Source of the DNA: a virus
Reading direction: 5' to 3' (one strand)
IMG/VR virus record: IMGVR_UViG_3300047362_000301
Coordinates: 2,394 to 66,393 of that record
Length of the DNA: 64,000 nucleotides
The position numbers and the translations under genes are program-made. Position 1 is the stretch's first letter, and every line of letters begins with the position of its first letter. Below, piece by piece: positions 1 through 7,856 of this stretch. The notes beneath the pieces are model-generated. The model was given only the letters and a program-made list of their open reading frames with translations, did no database searches and was not told the DNA's origin.

Positions 1-122
1 TTTTTAGGCTTCCTATCATGTGAACACAGGGGACAAATCCCCTGCGTCTTTCCTACATCTAGTTTATGTTGGTTAAACTGGTCGATTAAAAATCCATTAA
101 TCTCCGTGTTGTTTACTTGCAT
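1..122 (-). CDS. Primase/helicase (Twinkle/T7 gp4-like), N-terminus only; runs off the window edge
   Basis: Hand translation from ATG at 122: MQVNNTEINGFLIDQFNQHKLDVGKTQGICPLCSHDRKPK. CPxCSxxRK zinc-finger start; lies downstream of the SSB/ERF operon. Confidence 0.65.
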   Translation of the reverse strand, partial: MQVNNTEINGFLIDQFNQHKLDVGKTQGICPLCSHDRKPK

Positions 123-138
123 GTATTTAATTTAATTA

Positions 139-225
139 TTAATCACCGTCTCTACAATCTGGACATATGTCGCAGAACATATATTCGTCCTGCGTCATAC
201 CTTGTCCACACATTTCACATTCCAT
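139..225 (-). CDS. Small Cys4 zinc-finger protein (28 aa)
   Basis: MECEMCGQGMTQDEYMFCDICPDCRDGD; TAATG-coupled to the upstream SSB ORF; below the ORF-track size cutoff. Confidence 0.55.
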   Translation of the reverse strand: MECEMCGQGMTQDEYMFCDICPDCRDGD

Positions 226-536
226 TAAAATGGAAGATCATCTTCAATAGCTGCCGGAGCTGCTACAGGCGGTGCCGCTTGTTGTTGCGGGTTATCAAAC
301 TTCTTAACTTCTCCGTTGGTCCATACTAATTTTACATTACCTAAGTATGTCTTTGCTTGTTTCGCTTCACGTTCTTCTTTACTTTGCGATACAATGACTG
401 GACCCTGATTACCGAACTGATCAAGCTCATCGTTAAGAGTAATACTGATAGGTAAGTATTTACCCTTCTTACCAACAATGATTTTGTCTTTAGGTATTTC
501 ATTTAGATTAATGCTTGCTGCTAATATTAATGCCAT
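225..536 (-). CDS. Putative single-stranded DNA-binding protein
   Basis: Small beta-rich ORF with flexible Q/A/P linker and acidic EDDLPF tail typical of SSBs; adjacent to ERF and exonuclease. Confidence 0.7.
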   Translation of the reverse strand: MALILAASINLNEIPKDKIIVGKKGKYLPISITLNDELDQFGNQGPVIVSQSKEEREAKQAKTYLGNVKLVWTNGEVKKFDNPQQQAAPPVAAPAAIEDDLPF

Positions 537-739
537 TATGCTGTTGTATTAAATAGGTTTGTGAACATAGTTCTAAGATCTGCTGCGTTTACACCAGTTC
601 TTCTTCTGAAATTATCTGCTTTTTTAGCGTATGGGTGCAAACCATCTGCAGTTGTATTGTTCTTGTAAAATTCAGTTACAGGAAAATTCATTCCAGTCAT
701 TGCACATTGTTTTGTTGTTACTTTTCTTGCTCTTGCCAT
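536..739 (-). CDS. Hypothetical protein (degenerate zinc-ribbon-like KQC...EFYKN...DGL motif)
   Basis: 67 aa ORF translationally coupled within the operon. Confidence 0.5.
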   Translation of the reverse strand: MARARKVTTKQCAMTGMNFPVTEFYKNNTTADGLHPYAKKADNFRRRTGVNAADLRTMFTNLFNTTA

Positions 740-751
740 AATAAAATAAAA

Positions 752-1480
752 TTAAAGGGTTTTACTAATAAAATATTGTTTCGGATCGAAACTGTCTGTC
801 TTATAAAACAGATCGTAAGCCTCACAGGCTCTTTTAACCTTGTCCTGCCCAGTTTCATAAAACTGAGGTGAACAGTCATAAATACCTATTTGATGTGTCT
901 TTTTGTCTATAACAATAAACATAAATTCATAACCAAATAAACTACTATAAATAAAAGCTTGACTATCGTAATTGTATTTAGAAGCTGAATACTTAAATTT
1001 AGTAAGATCTGCTGTAGTCTTCAAATCAATGATTAACTTTTCATCGTGATTAACTATGTCAGCTTTACCTTTCCACATTTGTCCTTCAAGTTCTACAATA
1101 CCAGGTTGTTCATATTCAACATTACCTGTTATTAAACTTTTACATACGTCATTGCTCATGATTTTTTCTCTCATTAATTCTATAGAGTCAACCTCATGTT
1201 GCAGTAGACATAACTCTCCTCCAGCTATGTCTTTATAAGCTTTAGTATTTCTAGTAGACGATTTCACAACTTTATACTTATCAAGCTTATTAGGCTCTAG
1301 TATAGCTGTGTGAAAATAACCACCGACTAAAAATGCAGCCGATGGTGGTGACTGTTGTCCAAGTGCTAAAGGGTTGTTTAACAAAGCTGATATATCTGAG
1401 TTACTAAGGTATTGTTTACCAAAGTCTCCGTAGTAATGCTCATCAATTTTAAGCTTATCTAACACCTCTTGTTTAGTCAT
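752..1480 (-). CDS. PD-(D/E)XK exonuclease, RecE/DUF3799-like
   Basis: LSNS, GxxFHxAILEP, KGKAD, IIDLKTT and YDSQAFIY motifs. Confidence 0.8.
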   Translation of the reverse strand: MTKQEVLDKLKIDEHYYGDFGKQYLSNSDISALLNNPLALGQQSPPSAAFLVGGYFHTAILEPNKLDKYKVVKSSTRNTKAYKDIAGGELCLLQHEVDSIELMREKIMSNDVCKSLITGNVEYEQPGIVELEGQMWKGKADIVNHDEKLIIDLKTTADLTKFKYSASKYNYDSQAFIYSSLFGYEFMFIVIDKKTHQIGIYDCSPQFYETGQDKVKRACEAYDLFYKTDSFDPKQYFISKTL

Positions 1481-1481
1481 A

Positions 1482-1988
1482 CTATAATGTTATTTGTTTT
1501 TCAATTTCAGGAGTTACATTATATTTCTTTTTGATAGCATCGAGCTTTCCACCGGCTTGTACAAAGTCTTTAGCTTTTTGTATAGCTGCTTTGTTCATTG
1601 GTAAACCATTGGTTGCATCAGCATCTTTGGTATCATCAATTAGGAATAAGTTACCTAATGCGTATTTCTTCCCATAACTTGAAGCAGTACCGAACTGTTG
1701 TGGTGTCTGCATACCTTTTTGATTAAGATCAACACCAACTAATGCTGTAGCAGGTATTGTATTTTCTCCATCAGATATAGTAGCACAACTTTCAATAATA
1801 GGCACAGGACTAGTCTCAACTAAGTTTTCATTAATTGTTACTGTTACTCCTAATTCTAATAAATAGGGTTTTGTTGCTTCAAGGATGTCTTCGGCTGAGC
1901 GGAAGTAGTATTTGCCGAATGAATTAAATCTACTTTTCTTCGATTTAAATTTGGTCTGGATTGTGGCCAGCTTTTGGTTTAAGGTCAT
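1482..1988 (-). CDS. ERF-family ssDNA annealing recombinase
   Basis: NSFGKYYFRSAEDIL and QQFGTASSYGKKYALGNLFLIDD...DAD ERF signatures. Confidence 0.85.
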   Translation of the reverse strand: MTLNQKLATIQTKFKSKKSRFNSFGKYYFRSAEDILEATKPYLLELGVTVTINENLVETSPVPIIESCATISDGENTIPATALVGVDLNQKGMQTPQQFGTASSYGKKYALGNLFLIDDTKDADATNGLPMNKAAIQKAKDFVQAGGKLDAIKKKYNVTPEIEKQITL

Positions 1989-1993
1989 AGTTA

Positions 1994-2022
1994 TATAATT
2001 ACATGTTAAAATTAAGTTTTAC
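1994..2022 (-). promoter_or_regulatory. Class II phage promoter-like motif GTAA-N11-AAY-N2-GTRAT-N2-TA (copy D)
   Basis: GTAAAACTTAATTTTAACATGTAATTATA, ending 5 nt before the ERF ATG; same spacing as three plus-strand copies. Confidence 0.55.
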
Positions 2023-2031
2023 AAAAGTAAA

Positions 2032-2799
2032 CTACAGATAATCAAGTACTTGCGAGTGATCTACATTATCAATTAGTTTATCTACAGCTTGCTTTTTAAG
2101 CTCTGAAACACGTACATAAGCACTGCTTCCTTCGATGTTTAATATCTCTGCTATTTTATTAGCTGAATGTTTTTCACAGTCTAATCCATAGCTTAATCTT
2201 AACACCTCATATTCTTTTTCATTTAAATGAGTTTTTAATAAACCAGTTAAATAAACGTTTAATAAACCTATATTATATGGCTCTGATTTATCAGCAATTT
2301 GATAGATCATAGACTCTTCATCATCAGTATTTTTAGGTTTATCATCAATAGATAAAAACATACTATTAAAAAACATAGCAACCATCTTTTGATCTTTACC
2401 ATTGTTTTTACGTATTTCATTAAGTTTATGCTCAGGTATTCTTATATCGCCTCTGTTTATATCAACAGCACGTCTTATACCACCTTTAATACGTTTAGAT
2501 AAAAAAGACTTTAATGTTTTTTCTTGATCATCTGATTCACTTAATCTAACCCAGTCTATTTTTCTAATAGCTTTAGTTAAACTTAAATTACCTTCTTGTA
2601 TAAGATCATTAATACTCATAACACCTGATGCTTGCTGTGTTGTAGAGAATTTACGAGCTATGTTTTCTACTAATAGCATAAATTTCCATTGCAATTGTTC
2701 CTGACTTAAATATTGAACATCAATATCTTCTATTAGTTTTAGTTTAATTATTAAATCGTTTTTATAACGAATATAATTAGGTATATTATATTTTTTCAT
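2032..2799 (-). CDS. Phage-encoded sigma-70 family RNA polymerase sigma factor
   Basis: Region 2 DLIQEGNLSLTKAI...RIKGGIRRAVD...IRIP; region 4 LNEKEYEVLRLSYGLD...IAEILN...RVSELKKQA. Confidence 0.85.
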   Translation of the reverse strand: MKKYNIPNYIRYKNDLIIKLKLIEDIDVQYLSQEQLQWKFMLLVENIARKFSTTQQASGVMSINDLIQEGNLSLTKAIRKIDWVRLSESDDQEKTLKSFLSKRIKGGIRRAVDINRGDIRIPEHKLNEIRKNNGKDQKMVAMFFNSMFLSIDDKPKNTDDEESMIYQIADKSEPYNIGLLNVYLTGLLKTHLNEKEYEVLRLSYGLDCEKHSANKIAEILNIEGSSAYVRVSELKKQAVDKLIDNVDHSQVLDYL

Positions 2800-3427
2800 T
2801 TGATTGATTTAAAAGTTCTTTTTCTTTTTTAAGTTCATAACTCATGTTTCTATGTATAGTTCTAGCAGAGCAATTTAACAAACCTGCAAGTCTGTTTATA
2901 GTTATTCTTTTACCCATGTCATTTATATCTAGCATACATTGGTAAATATCATCTTCGTGTATTCTTTTTGATCTACCTATTAATTGACCCACGATCGTTA
3001 GTTTTTGTGACAGATCTAAAGGGCAATTGTCATTAAATATAACTTTTCTTAGTTTATTTTTAGGTGGTTCTTCAAGATCACACATGCTCACATCATATAT
3101 TATTCTTTTAAGTAATTCTGGAGGTATATCAAACGCAATAAATCCATACTTATAATTAGCTATAGTTTCAGATAGCTTTGTAAACTCGTTCATGTCTAAT
3201 TGTGGGTTTAAATACCACAAGACTAACAGATGCCATTTTAATGATTTGTATGTAGTAATTTTAGCTTTACTACGAAACAGATCATAACATTCATAAGTAC
3301 CTTCTTCATAAAATTTACCGTACTCAAACTCTAATGTAGGTTTATCTGTTATTGGATTACGTCTGTATACAATCCGCCTTTTGTTTAAATAATATAAATG
3401 ACGCGGTATTGATACGTAATGTGACAT
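2786..3427 (-). CDS. DNA-binding protein with C-terminal helix-turn-helix
   Basis: C-terminal ITINRLAGLLNCSARTIHRN HTH signature. Confidence 0.65.
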   Translation of the reverse strand: MSHYVSIPRHLYYLNKRRIVYRRNPITDKPTLEFEYGKFYEEGTYECYDLFRSKAKITTYKSLKWHLLVLWYLNPQLDMNEFTKLSETIANYKYGFIAFDIPPELLKRIIYDVSMCDLEEPPKNKLRKVIFNDNCPLDLSQKLTIVGQLIGRSKRIHEDDIYQCMLDINDMGKRITINRLAGLLNCSARTIHRNMSYELKKEKELLNQSNEKI

Positions 3428-3464
3428 TAGCCTCTTACTCTCTTATTCTTAGACCTATTGTCAC
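3421..3464. promoter_or_regulatory. GTGACA...TGTCAC inverted-repeat site overlapping the HTH gene start
   Basis: GTGACATTAGCCTCTTA...ACCTATTGTCAC; left arm 15/17 identical to the left arm at 10437. Confidence 0.5.
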
Positions 3465-3552
3465 GTCTAGGTTTTTGAAATGATTTAACTTTTGTTTTTA
3501 TTTTAAAAACATCAGTTGACATTAAATGTTTTATTTGTTTAGTTGTACTCAT
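3427..3552 (-). CDS. Small basic hypothetical protein (41 aa)
   Basis: MSTTKQIKHLMSTDVFKIKTKVKSFQKPRRDNRSKNKRVRG; TAATG-coupled to the HTH gene. Confidence 0.4.
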   Translation of the reverse strand: MSTTKQIKHLMSTDVFKIKTKVKSFQKPRRDNRSKNKRVRG

Positions 3553-3913
3553 ATAATTTAATTTTTACGTTATTCCATTTACCTCCCTTCAATGTCTCGT
3601 CGACCAGGAAGTCTATTCTATTAGTCCATCGTTTGTTCATTCGATCTCTTATGACCCAAAGGCCATTCATTTTACCTGCATTACTAACAACCACTAACTT
3701 GTTCATAGTGAAGCCTTTACCTTCAAGATCCCGAGACACAGCAATTATTCTGTGTGACTCAGGATTGTTCATATTGATTTTAAAGTTTGTAGCTGTTCTA
3801 TCAGGCGTACTGTCTGTTTGCTTGATGGTAGCGTGATATATAGTTGCCGTTACTGTCAAGTCTGACGTCGAGATCGTCGACATCAAAAGGGTACTCAGTA
3901 TAAGGTTTTTCAT
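3539..3913 (-). CDS. 3D/RlpA-like double-psi-barrel putative lytic transglycosylase with signal peptide
   Basis: VTATIY, QTDSTP..TA, IAVSRDL and DRMNKRWTNRIDFL motifs; hydrophobic N-terminus. Confidence 0.7.
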   Translation of the reverse strand: MKNLILSTLLMSTISTSDLTVTATIYHATIKQTDSTPDRTATNFKINMNNPESHRIIAVSRDLEGKGFTMNKLVVVSNAGKMNGLWVIRDRMNKRWTNRIDFLVDETLKGGKWNNVKIKLYEYN

Positions 3914-4370
3914 CTTTATTAATTATAGATTTTTTATCGTTAATATAATAATTCCAATAAGCTTTTAAACTGTTCCAAGTTACTTTATATTCATCAGGCA
4001 TACATTGTGGAGGCATTGTAAAATGACCATTTTGCATACCCTCAGGAGGATTTAACAATACTTTAGCACATTTAGTTATACTTAAATGCTTTTTATTGTA
4101 ACGTTTAGTATATTCCTCACCAAGCGCCATCATATAATCATATAACCAAAAATACGTTTGCATATTTTCTCTTGCCCATTTTGTTGAGGGATGATTATAA
4201 TGTGCTTTACGGTAAGGAATATAACTACCGTCATACTCATACAACTCAGCATAATGATGATGAGCTGTACAGAGCATTTGTGCTGCTTCGAGTATCATCT
4301 TAACTTTATGTTTGTCATAATGATAAGCGGCAGCTTTATTCGGGTCAGGGTGTAAATAAAATATATTCAT
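3801..4370 (-). CDS. Pyrimidine-dimer DNA glycosylase/endonuclease V-like protein
   Basis: MNIFYL..DP...DKHKVKMILEAAQML, HYNHPSTKW and PPQCMPDEYK family motifs. Confidence 0.75.
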   Translation of the reverse strand: MNIFYLHPDPNKAAAYHYDKHKVKMILEAAQMLCTAHHHYAELYEYDGSYIPYRKAHYNHPSTKWARENMQTYFWLYDYMMALGEEYTKRYNKKHLSITKCAKVLLNPPEGMQNGHFTMPPQCMPDEYKVTWNSLKAYWNYYINDKKSIINKDEKPYTEYPFDVDDLDVRLDSNGNYISRYHQANRQYA

Positions 4371-4460
4371 GTCTTATTTACTCTGTTATAATGTTGATCA
4401 AGTAGCATGTTGGCAACTTCCATGCTGATCATATTGTCGTGATATAATTGCCAAACTAGT

Positions 4461-5303
4461 TTACTCATAGTTACGAATAGTTTTAAACAATGGATGTCTG
4501 TAACTACCGTATTGAGTACGTTCGAAATATGTGAACGTAGCTGTTTTACCTATGTAGTCATGAATGTTTTTAAGCATATCAGCTAGAGCCTTGTAATTGT
4601 AGCCTTTACCTGGAGGACAACCAAACTTGTTGCCATCATCATCTTGCATTAAGAATTTGCCAAGAGTACCTTCACGCTTGCCTTTACCTTCTTCATAGCC
4701 AATAATTGTAGCTTCGGTGTCACTAAAGTCTTTAAACTTTTGTAAGTTGTAAGATCTTTTGCATTGATAAGGAGCATCTAGACGTAATATAGAGCCTTCG
4801 TAGCCATTATTTAGATTGTATTGATGTCTTATCTGTGCAGCTTCTTTAGAATTAACTAAAGTAGTTTCTACATATTTAACACAATCAGAATACATATCAC
4901 TTGTAACAAGTTGATTCATTCTAGTACTGTAATCATGCATTTGATCTATGTAGTCATAACAATGAAATTGTACTAATTCTGCAGCTTCTAGCTTATCAGA
5001 TTCAGTTGGTTTTTGTTTTCTGACTAATGATATAATCTTTTCGAAATTATCTCTTAGATCATGGTTATACAATTCACCGTCTAGTATTACATCATCATGA
5101 AACTCAAACCAAGGTTTTAATGAGTCTTTAATGTGATCAAGGTTGTGAAACTCTTTACCTGTTCTAGAAAAACATCTAATGTTTTCTTTTTCATCGAAAG
5201 TTATAACACAACGTACGCCGTCAAGCTTAGGTTGAATGTATACTTTCTCGGACCAGTCGACAGGTTTTTTGTCTACTTTGTATGCGAGCATTGGTTTAAT
5301 CAT
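4461..5303 (-). CDS. ATP-dependent DNA ligase
   Basis: PMLA, motif I QPKLDGVR, ILDGELY, GYEGSILR, KRS..LQKFK, OB domain ending in RHP. Confidence 0.9.
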   Translation of the reverse strand: MIKPMLAYKVDKKPVDWSEKVYIQPKLDGVRCVITFDEKENIRCFSRTGKEFHNLDHIKDSLKPWFEFHDDVILDGELYNHDLRDNFEKIISLVRKQKPTESDKLEAAELVQFHCYDYIDQMHDYSTRMNQLVTSDMYSDCVKYVETTLVNSKEAAQIRHQYNLNNGYEGSILRLDAPYQCKRSYNLQKFKDFSDTEATIIGYEEGKGKREGTLGKFLMQDDDGNKFGCPPGKGYNYKALADMLKNIHDYIGKTATFTYFERTQYGSYRHPLFKTIRNYE

Positions 5304-5572
5304 AATTTATCTATTTTATTTTGAATTAATATTATTTTTTGTTTGTATATTTCAGCTTTTTCGTATTGCTCGTCTTCAATAAATTTGTTTTGTAACAAGC
5401 ATAATCTACTAAGCTCATCTTGTAATACTTCGCGTTCTGACAACTTACCTTCATATATAGGTTTGTCTTCTACGTATTTAATACCATAAGATGCTGTTTC
5501 AGGATTAATAAACTCTTGATATAGATCGAATTTAATTCTATCTAATAATTCTTCGTATTCTTTGTCTGTCAT
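5300..5572 (-). CDS. Hypothetical protein with UvrB/C-like coiled-coil motif
   Basis: C-terminal IEDEQYEKAEIYKQKI resembles the UVR motif. Confidence 0.5.
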   Translation of the reverse strand: MTDKEYEELLDRIKFDLYQEFINPETASYGIKYVEDKPIYEGKLSEREVLQDELSRLCLLQNKFIEDEQYEKAEIYKQKIILIQNKIDKL

Positions 5573-5757
5573 TAGTATAATCCTAGTTTAGAAGGGTTAT
5601 TTAAAAAGTATTTTATGTCAGATTGTTTAGCTTCTAAAGCTTCAATTCTTTCTAACATTTCTTTGAGAGTGTGTAACTCTCCATCTTCGTGAGATTTTAT
5701 ACCTCCGTAGATGTTTTGTGCGTTGATCGTTAGATCTTCTTTAAACATATTATCCAT
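5572..5757 (-). CDS. Hypothetical protein (start may be ATG at 5748)
   Basis: ORF track; TAATG-coupled to the next gene; begins within a class I repeat. Confidence 0.5.
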   Translation of the reverse strand: MDNMFKEDLTINAQNIYGGIKSHEDGELHTLKEMLERIEALEAKQSDIKYFLNNPSKLGLY

Positions 5758-5779
5758 ATTTTATCGTATTTAGTTTGTA
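5747..5779 (-). promoter_or_regulatory. Class I repeat/promoter TACAAACTAAATACGA-N8-GGATAATA (copy 1)
   Basis: One of 7 copies with a near-invariant 16-nt box, a fixed 8-nt spacer and a GGATAATA box. Confidence 0.8.
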
Positions 5780-6264
5780 ATTTTAGTTCTATTTACCGCG
5801 TTAGTTTCTACTAAAAACTTTTCAGTCCAGTCTGTATAACCCATGTTTTTTTGTTTATACCTGTGTATAAGTTTATCAGGTGTGCCAACAAATTCACATA
5901 CATTATTGTACTGATTATAAGCACTTAACCACACGTCGGGTTTACCTACCCATATAATCCATGTATATTCATGATCTACAGAGTCAACATTAGGATATAG
6001 GTATTGACTATTGTAATGAAAGTCATGTACTAAATGTGATGCTATTCTTGATCCATCACCAAAGTTGTTAAAACCTTTGTATTCTTGCATGTGATTAATC
6101 CAGTTAGCAAGCTCTATACCTCTCCACTCAGGATAACCATCGTGGTGCAGATACATGTGAACATTAGCTTTATCACTAACCAATTGAGGTTTAAGTGCAA
6201 AGCCAGCTTCATGTTCTTCTGCGTGTGATCTATCGACCACCATTGTTACGCTTCTAGTACTCAT
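5770..6264 (-). CDS. Conserved phage hypothetical protein (MSTRS...YxHHDGYP...EY)
   Basis: Recognisable M(S/G)TR, HxDGYP and EY motif family; stop codon lies inside repeat copy 1. Confidence 0.65.
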   Translation of the reverse strand: MSTRSVTMVVDRSHAEEHEAGFALKPQLVSDKANVHMYLHHDGYPEWRGIELANWINHMQEYKGFNNFGDGSRIASHLVHDFHYNSQYLYPNVDSVDHEYTWIIWVGKPDVWLSAYNQYNNVCEFVGTPDKLIHRYKQKNMGYTDWTEKFLVETNAVNRTKITN

Positions 6265-6437
6265 TATACTAATTCTTCTACTATACTGACTACTTCAGCA
6301 ATTATTAATATTGTAACACCTATAGAAATAGATGACATTAGCAGTATAAAACCGCCTACTCTAAGCACAGATTTAACTACGCTTGCTGCAAAATGAGGAG
6401 TAAATTTACATCTCATTTGATCATAAAAATTATTCAT
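6264..6437 (-). CDS. Small membrane protein (57 aa)
   Basis: Hand translation MNNFYDQMRCKFTPHFAASVVKSVLRVGGFILLMSSISIGVTILIIAEVVSIVEELV; TAATG-coupled. Confidence 0.55.
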   Translation of the reverse strand: MNNFYDQMRCKFTPHFAASVVKSVLRVGGFILLMSSISIGVTILIIAEVVSIVEELV

Positions 6438-6458
6438 ATTATTATTATTTAATGTTAG

Positions 6459-6531
6459 TTGACTCGCTAGGGCTCGAACCTAGACTCTTCTGGACCAAAA
6501 CCAGACGTGTTGCCAGTTACACCACGAGTCA
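6459..6531 (-). tRNA. tRNA-Gln(TTG), no encoded CCA
   Basis: Acceptor TGACTCG/CGAGTCA, D arm GTGT/ACAC, anticodon arm TCTGG-TTTTGGT-CCAGA, T arm CTAGG-TTCGAGC-CCTAG, followed by A-CTAAC. Confidence 0.92.
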
Positions 6532-6536
6532 TTATT

Positions 6537-6785
6537 TTAAGACAATTGTTGTTGTATATCAAGATAATCTACTCTTTCGTGATCTTTTTCTATTAATGAA
6601 GCTATGTAATCCCACACGTCTCGTTGTTTTTTTGTGTGATCTAACACGCCTTGAAGTTGTTCTATCGTAATAAAAGGAGTTTGATTATCTTTTATTTCTT
6701 GCTTTAACCTGCTAATGTCATTGTCTAGTGAATATATAGTAGCAAAAGCTTTGTCATGCGCTCTGTTTTGTATATCTTTTTCCAT
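6537..6785 (-). CDS. Hypothetical protein
   Basis: 82 aa ORF in a tightly packed minus-strand array. Confidence 0.55.
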   Translation of the reverse strand: MEKDIQNRAHDKAFATIYSLDNDISRLKQEIKDNQTPFITIEQLQGVLDHTKKQRDVWDYIASLIEKDHERVDYLDIQQQLS

Positions 6786-6786
6786 A

Positions 6787-7020
6787 TTATTTGTTAATTA
6801 TAGAGTTACCATACATTATATCTTGAGCAGATAAATTGTAAGTTTTTATGTCACAGTATACTGATATATCAGATATTTGACTTACAGTTAAGTCATACCA
6901 TGATGTTTCAGACATAAGCGCATACTTAAGTCTTTTAGCGCTAGAATATTTTCTAGCATTTTCTTGTAGTGACAACTTAAAACCTGGTTTTAGTTTGTCA
7001 TAAATTGTTTTTAATTTCAT
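6787..7020 (-). CDS. Hypothetical protein
   Basis: 77 aa ORF whose ATG is 5 nt after the GGATAATA box of repeat copy 2. Confidence 0.6.
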   Translation of the reverse strand: MKLKTIYDKLKPGFKLSLQENARKYSSAKRLKYALMSETSWYDLTVSQISDISVYCDIKTYNLSAQDIMYGNSIINK

Positions 7021-7024
7021 ATTT

Positions 7025-7057
7025 ATATTATCCGTTTTAATTCGTATTTAGTTTGTA
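7025..7057 (-). promoter_or_regulatory. Class I repeat/promoter (copy 2)
   Basis: Plus strand atattatcc-gttttaat-tcgtatttagtttgta. Confidence 0.8.
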
Positions 7058-7260
7058 ACAAATCTTTCTTTATTACTATCGATTATTTCACCGATTTCGT
7101 CTTGCATAGCTACTACATCCATAGCAAGTAGTTGTAGTTCTGCTAATCCATCAACTTCATAGGTACTTAAATCATTGACTTCATTATCTTGTATAGCGTT
7201 TACACAGTCTCTTAACGCTCTTGCAGTATTCTCAAACCTGCAGTAACTCATGTTAGGCAT
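7048..7260 (-). CDS. Conserved phage hypothetical protein (NMSYCRFENT family)
   Basis: MPNMSYCRFENT..L.DC motif; stop codon inside repeat copy 2. Confidence 0.65.
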   Translation of the reverse strand: MPNMSYCRFENTARALRDCVNAIQDNEVNDLSTYEVDGLAELQLLAMDVVAMQDEIGEIIDSNKERFVTN

Positions 7261-7280
7261 ATTTAATTATTTAATGTTAG

Positions 7281-7353
7281 TTGCGGCGGAAGGATTCGAA
7301 CCCCCGACCTTCGGGTTATGAGCCCGACGAGCTGGCCACTGCTCTACGCCGCA
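7281..7353 (-). tRNA. tRNA-Met(CAT), initiator type
   Basis: Acceptor TGCGGCG/CGCCGCA; D stem GAGC/GCTC (A11-U24); anticodon arm TCGGG-CTCATAA-CCCGA with three consecutive G-C pairs; T loop TTCGAAT. Confidence 0.92.
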
Positions 7354-7358
7354 TTTAG

Positions 7359-7436
7359 TGGAAGTGGGCGGAGTCGAACCGCCGTTTACTATACGACCAT
7401 GTATTTATGGGTATTAGTACTTACCTTATCACTCCC
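7359..7436 (-). ncRNA. Minimal tmRNA-like RNA (tRNA-like domain only, Ala identity G3-U70)
   Basis: GGGAGTG/CACTTCC-A acceptor with G3-U70; stemless D loop ATAAGGTAAG; long imperfect helix; 3-nt linker AAC; T arm GGCGG-TTCGACT-CCGCC. Confidence 0.7.
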
Positions 7437-7439
7437 ATT

Positions 7440-7582
7440 TCGAGGCACCAGTTGTGGACAGGTAGTTAACTAGTATTGTCATTTATCCACACTTTCTGTT
7501 TTGTACTGGCACAGTCGTATCCATCCGTTTGGTTCATAACTGCGCCGATCTACCTAACGTGACCTGTATGCCGCCGCCTCGA
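7440..7582 (-). ncRNA. Putative structured rod-like ncRNA (143 nt)
   Basis: Closing stem TCGAGGCG/TGCCTCGA; ACAGGT/ACCTGT; GTTA/TAAC; terminal hairpin GGCGCAGTT/GACTGTGCC. G-U wobbles favour the minus strand; GC-rich and ORF-free. Confidence 0.55.
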
Positions 7583-7586
7583 TTGT

Positions 7587-7661
7587 AACAAGCATTGGAG
7601 GATCTTCGTTAGCTTAACAGTTTAAATTACCACTGCCATACTAAGCCCTCTACCGCTTGCT
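7587..7661 (-). ncRNA. Putative long-hairpin ncRNA (75 nt)
   Basis: Nested stems AGCAAGCG/TGCTTGTT, GAGGG/TCCTC and TGGCAGT/ACTGTTA with G-U pairs. Confidence 0.45.
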
Positions 7662-7663
7662 AT

Positions 7664-7852
7664 TTATTTTCTACGCCAAGCTTTGTGTACTTGATCGCTT
7701 AGCTCTTGGCTTACTATTTGTAATTCAAGAACTTGTTTGTTGGCAATAATAGGAATATAACTATATTGCTGTGTTGCGCTGCAGTTTACACAATTTGAAT
7801 AACCTAATGCTATTCTGCCTGCCGGTATTTTGTTGTTACATTTACATCTCAT
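7664..7852 (-). CDS. DksA/TraR-type C4 zinc-finger protein
   Basis: MRCKCNNKIPAGRIALGYSNCVNC matches C..C..IP..R......CV.C; ATG at 7852 is 5 nt after the repeat box (ORF track extends to TTG at 7867). Confidence 0.6.
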   Translation of the reverse strand: MRCKCNNKIPAGRIALGYSNCVNCSATQQYSYIPIIANKQVLELQIVSQELSDQVHKAWRRK

Positions 7853-7856
7853 ATTT

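Noticed and set aside
7440-7582. RNase P RNA (ACAAAACAGAA resembles its 3' conserved region)
   Set aside because: No GAGGAAAGUCC element and far too short.
7359-7760. Full-length or permuted two-piece tmRNA gene
   Set aside because: The only strand complementary to the 3' acceptor CACTTCC is at 7430-7436, in normal order and only 78 nt away. No upstream 5' end or permuted arrangement is visible.
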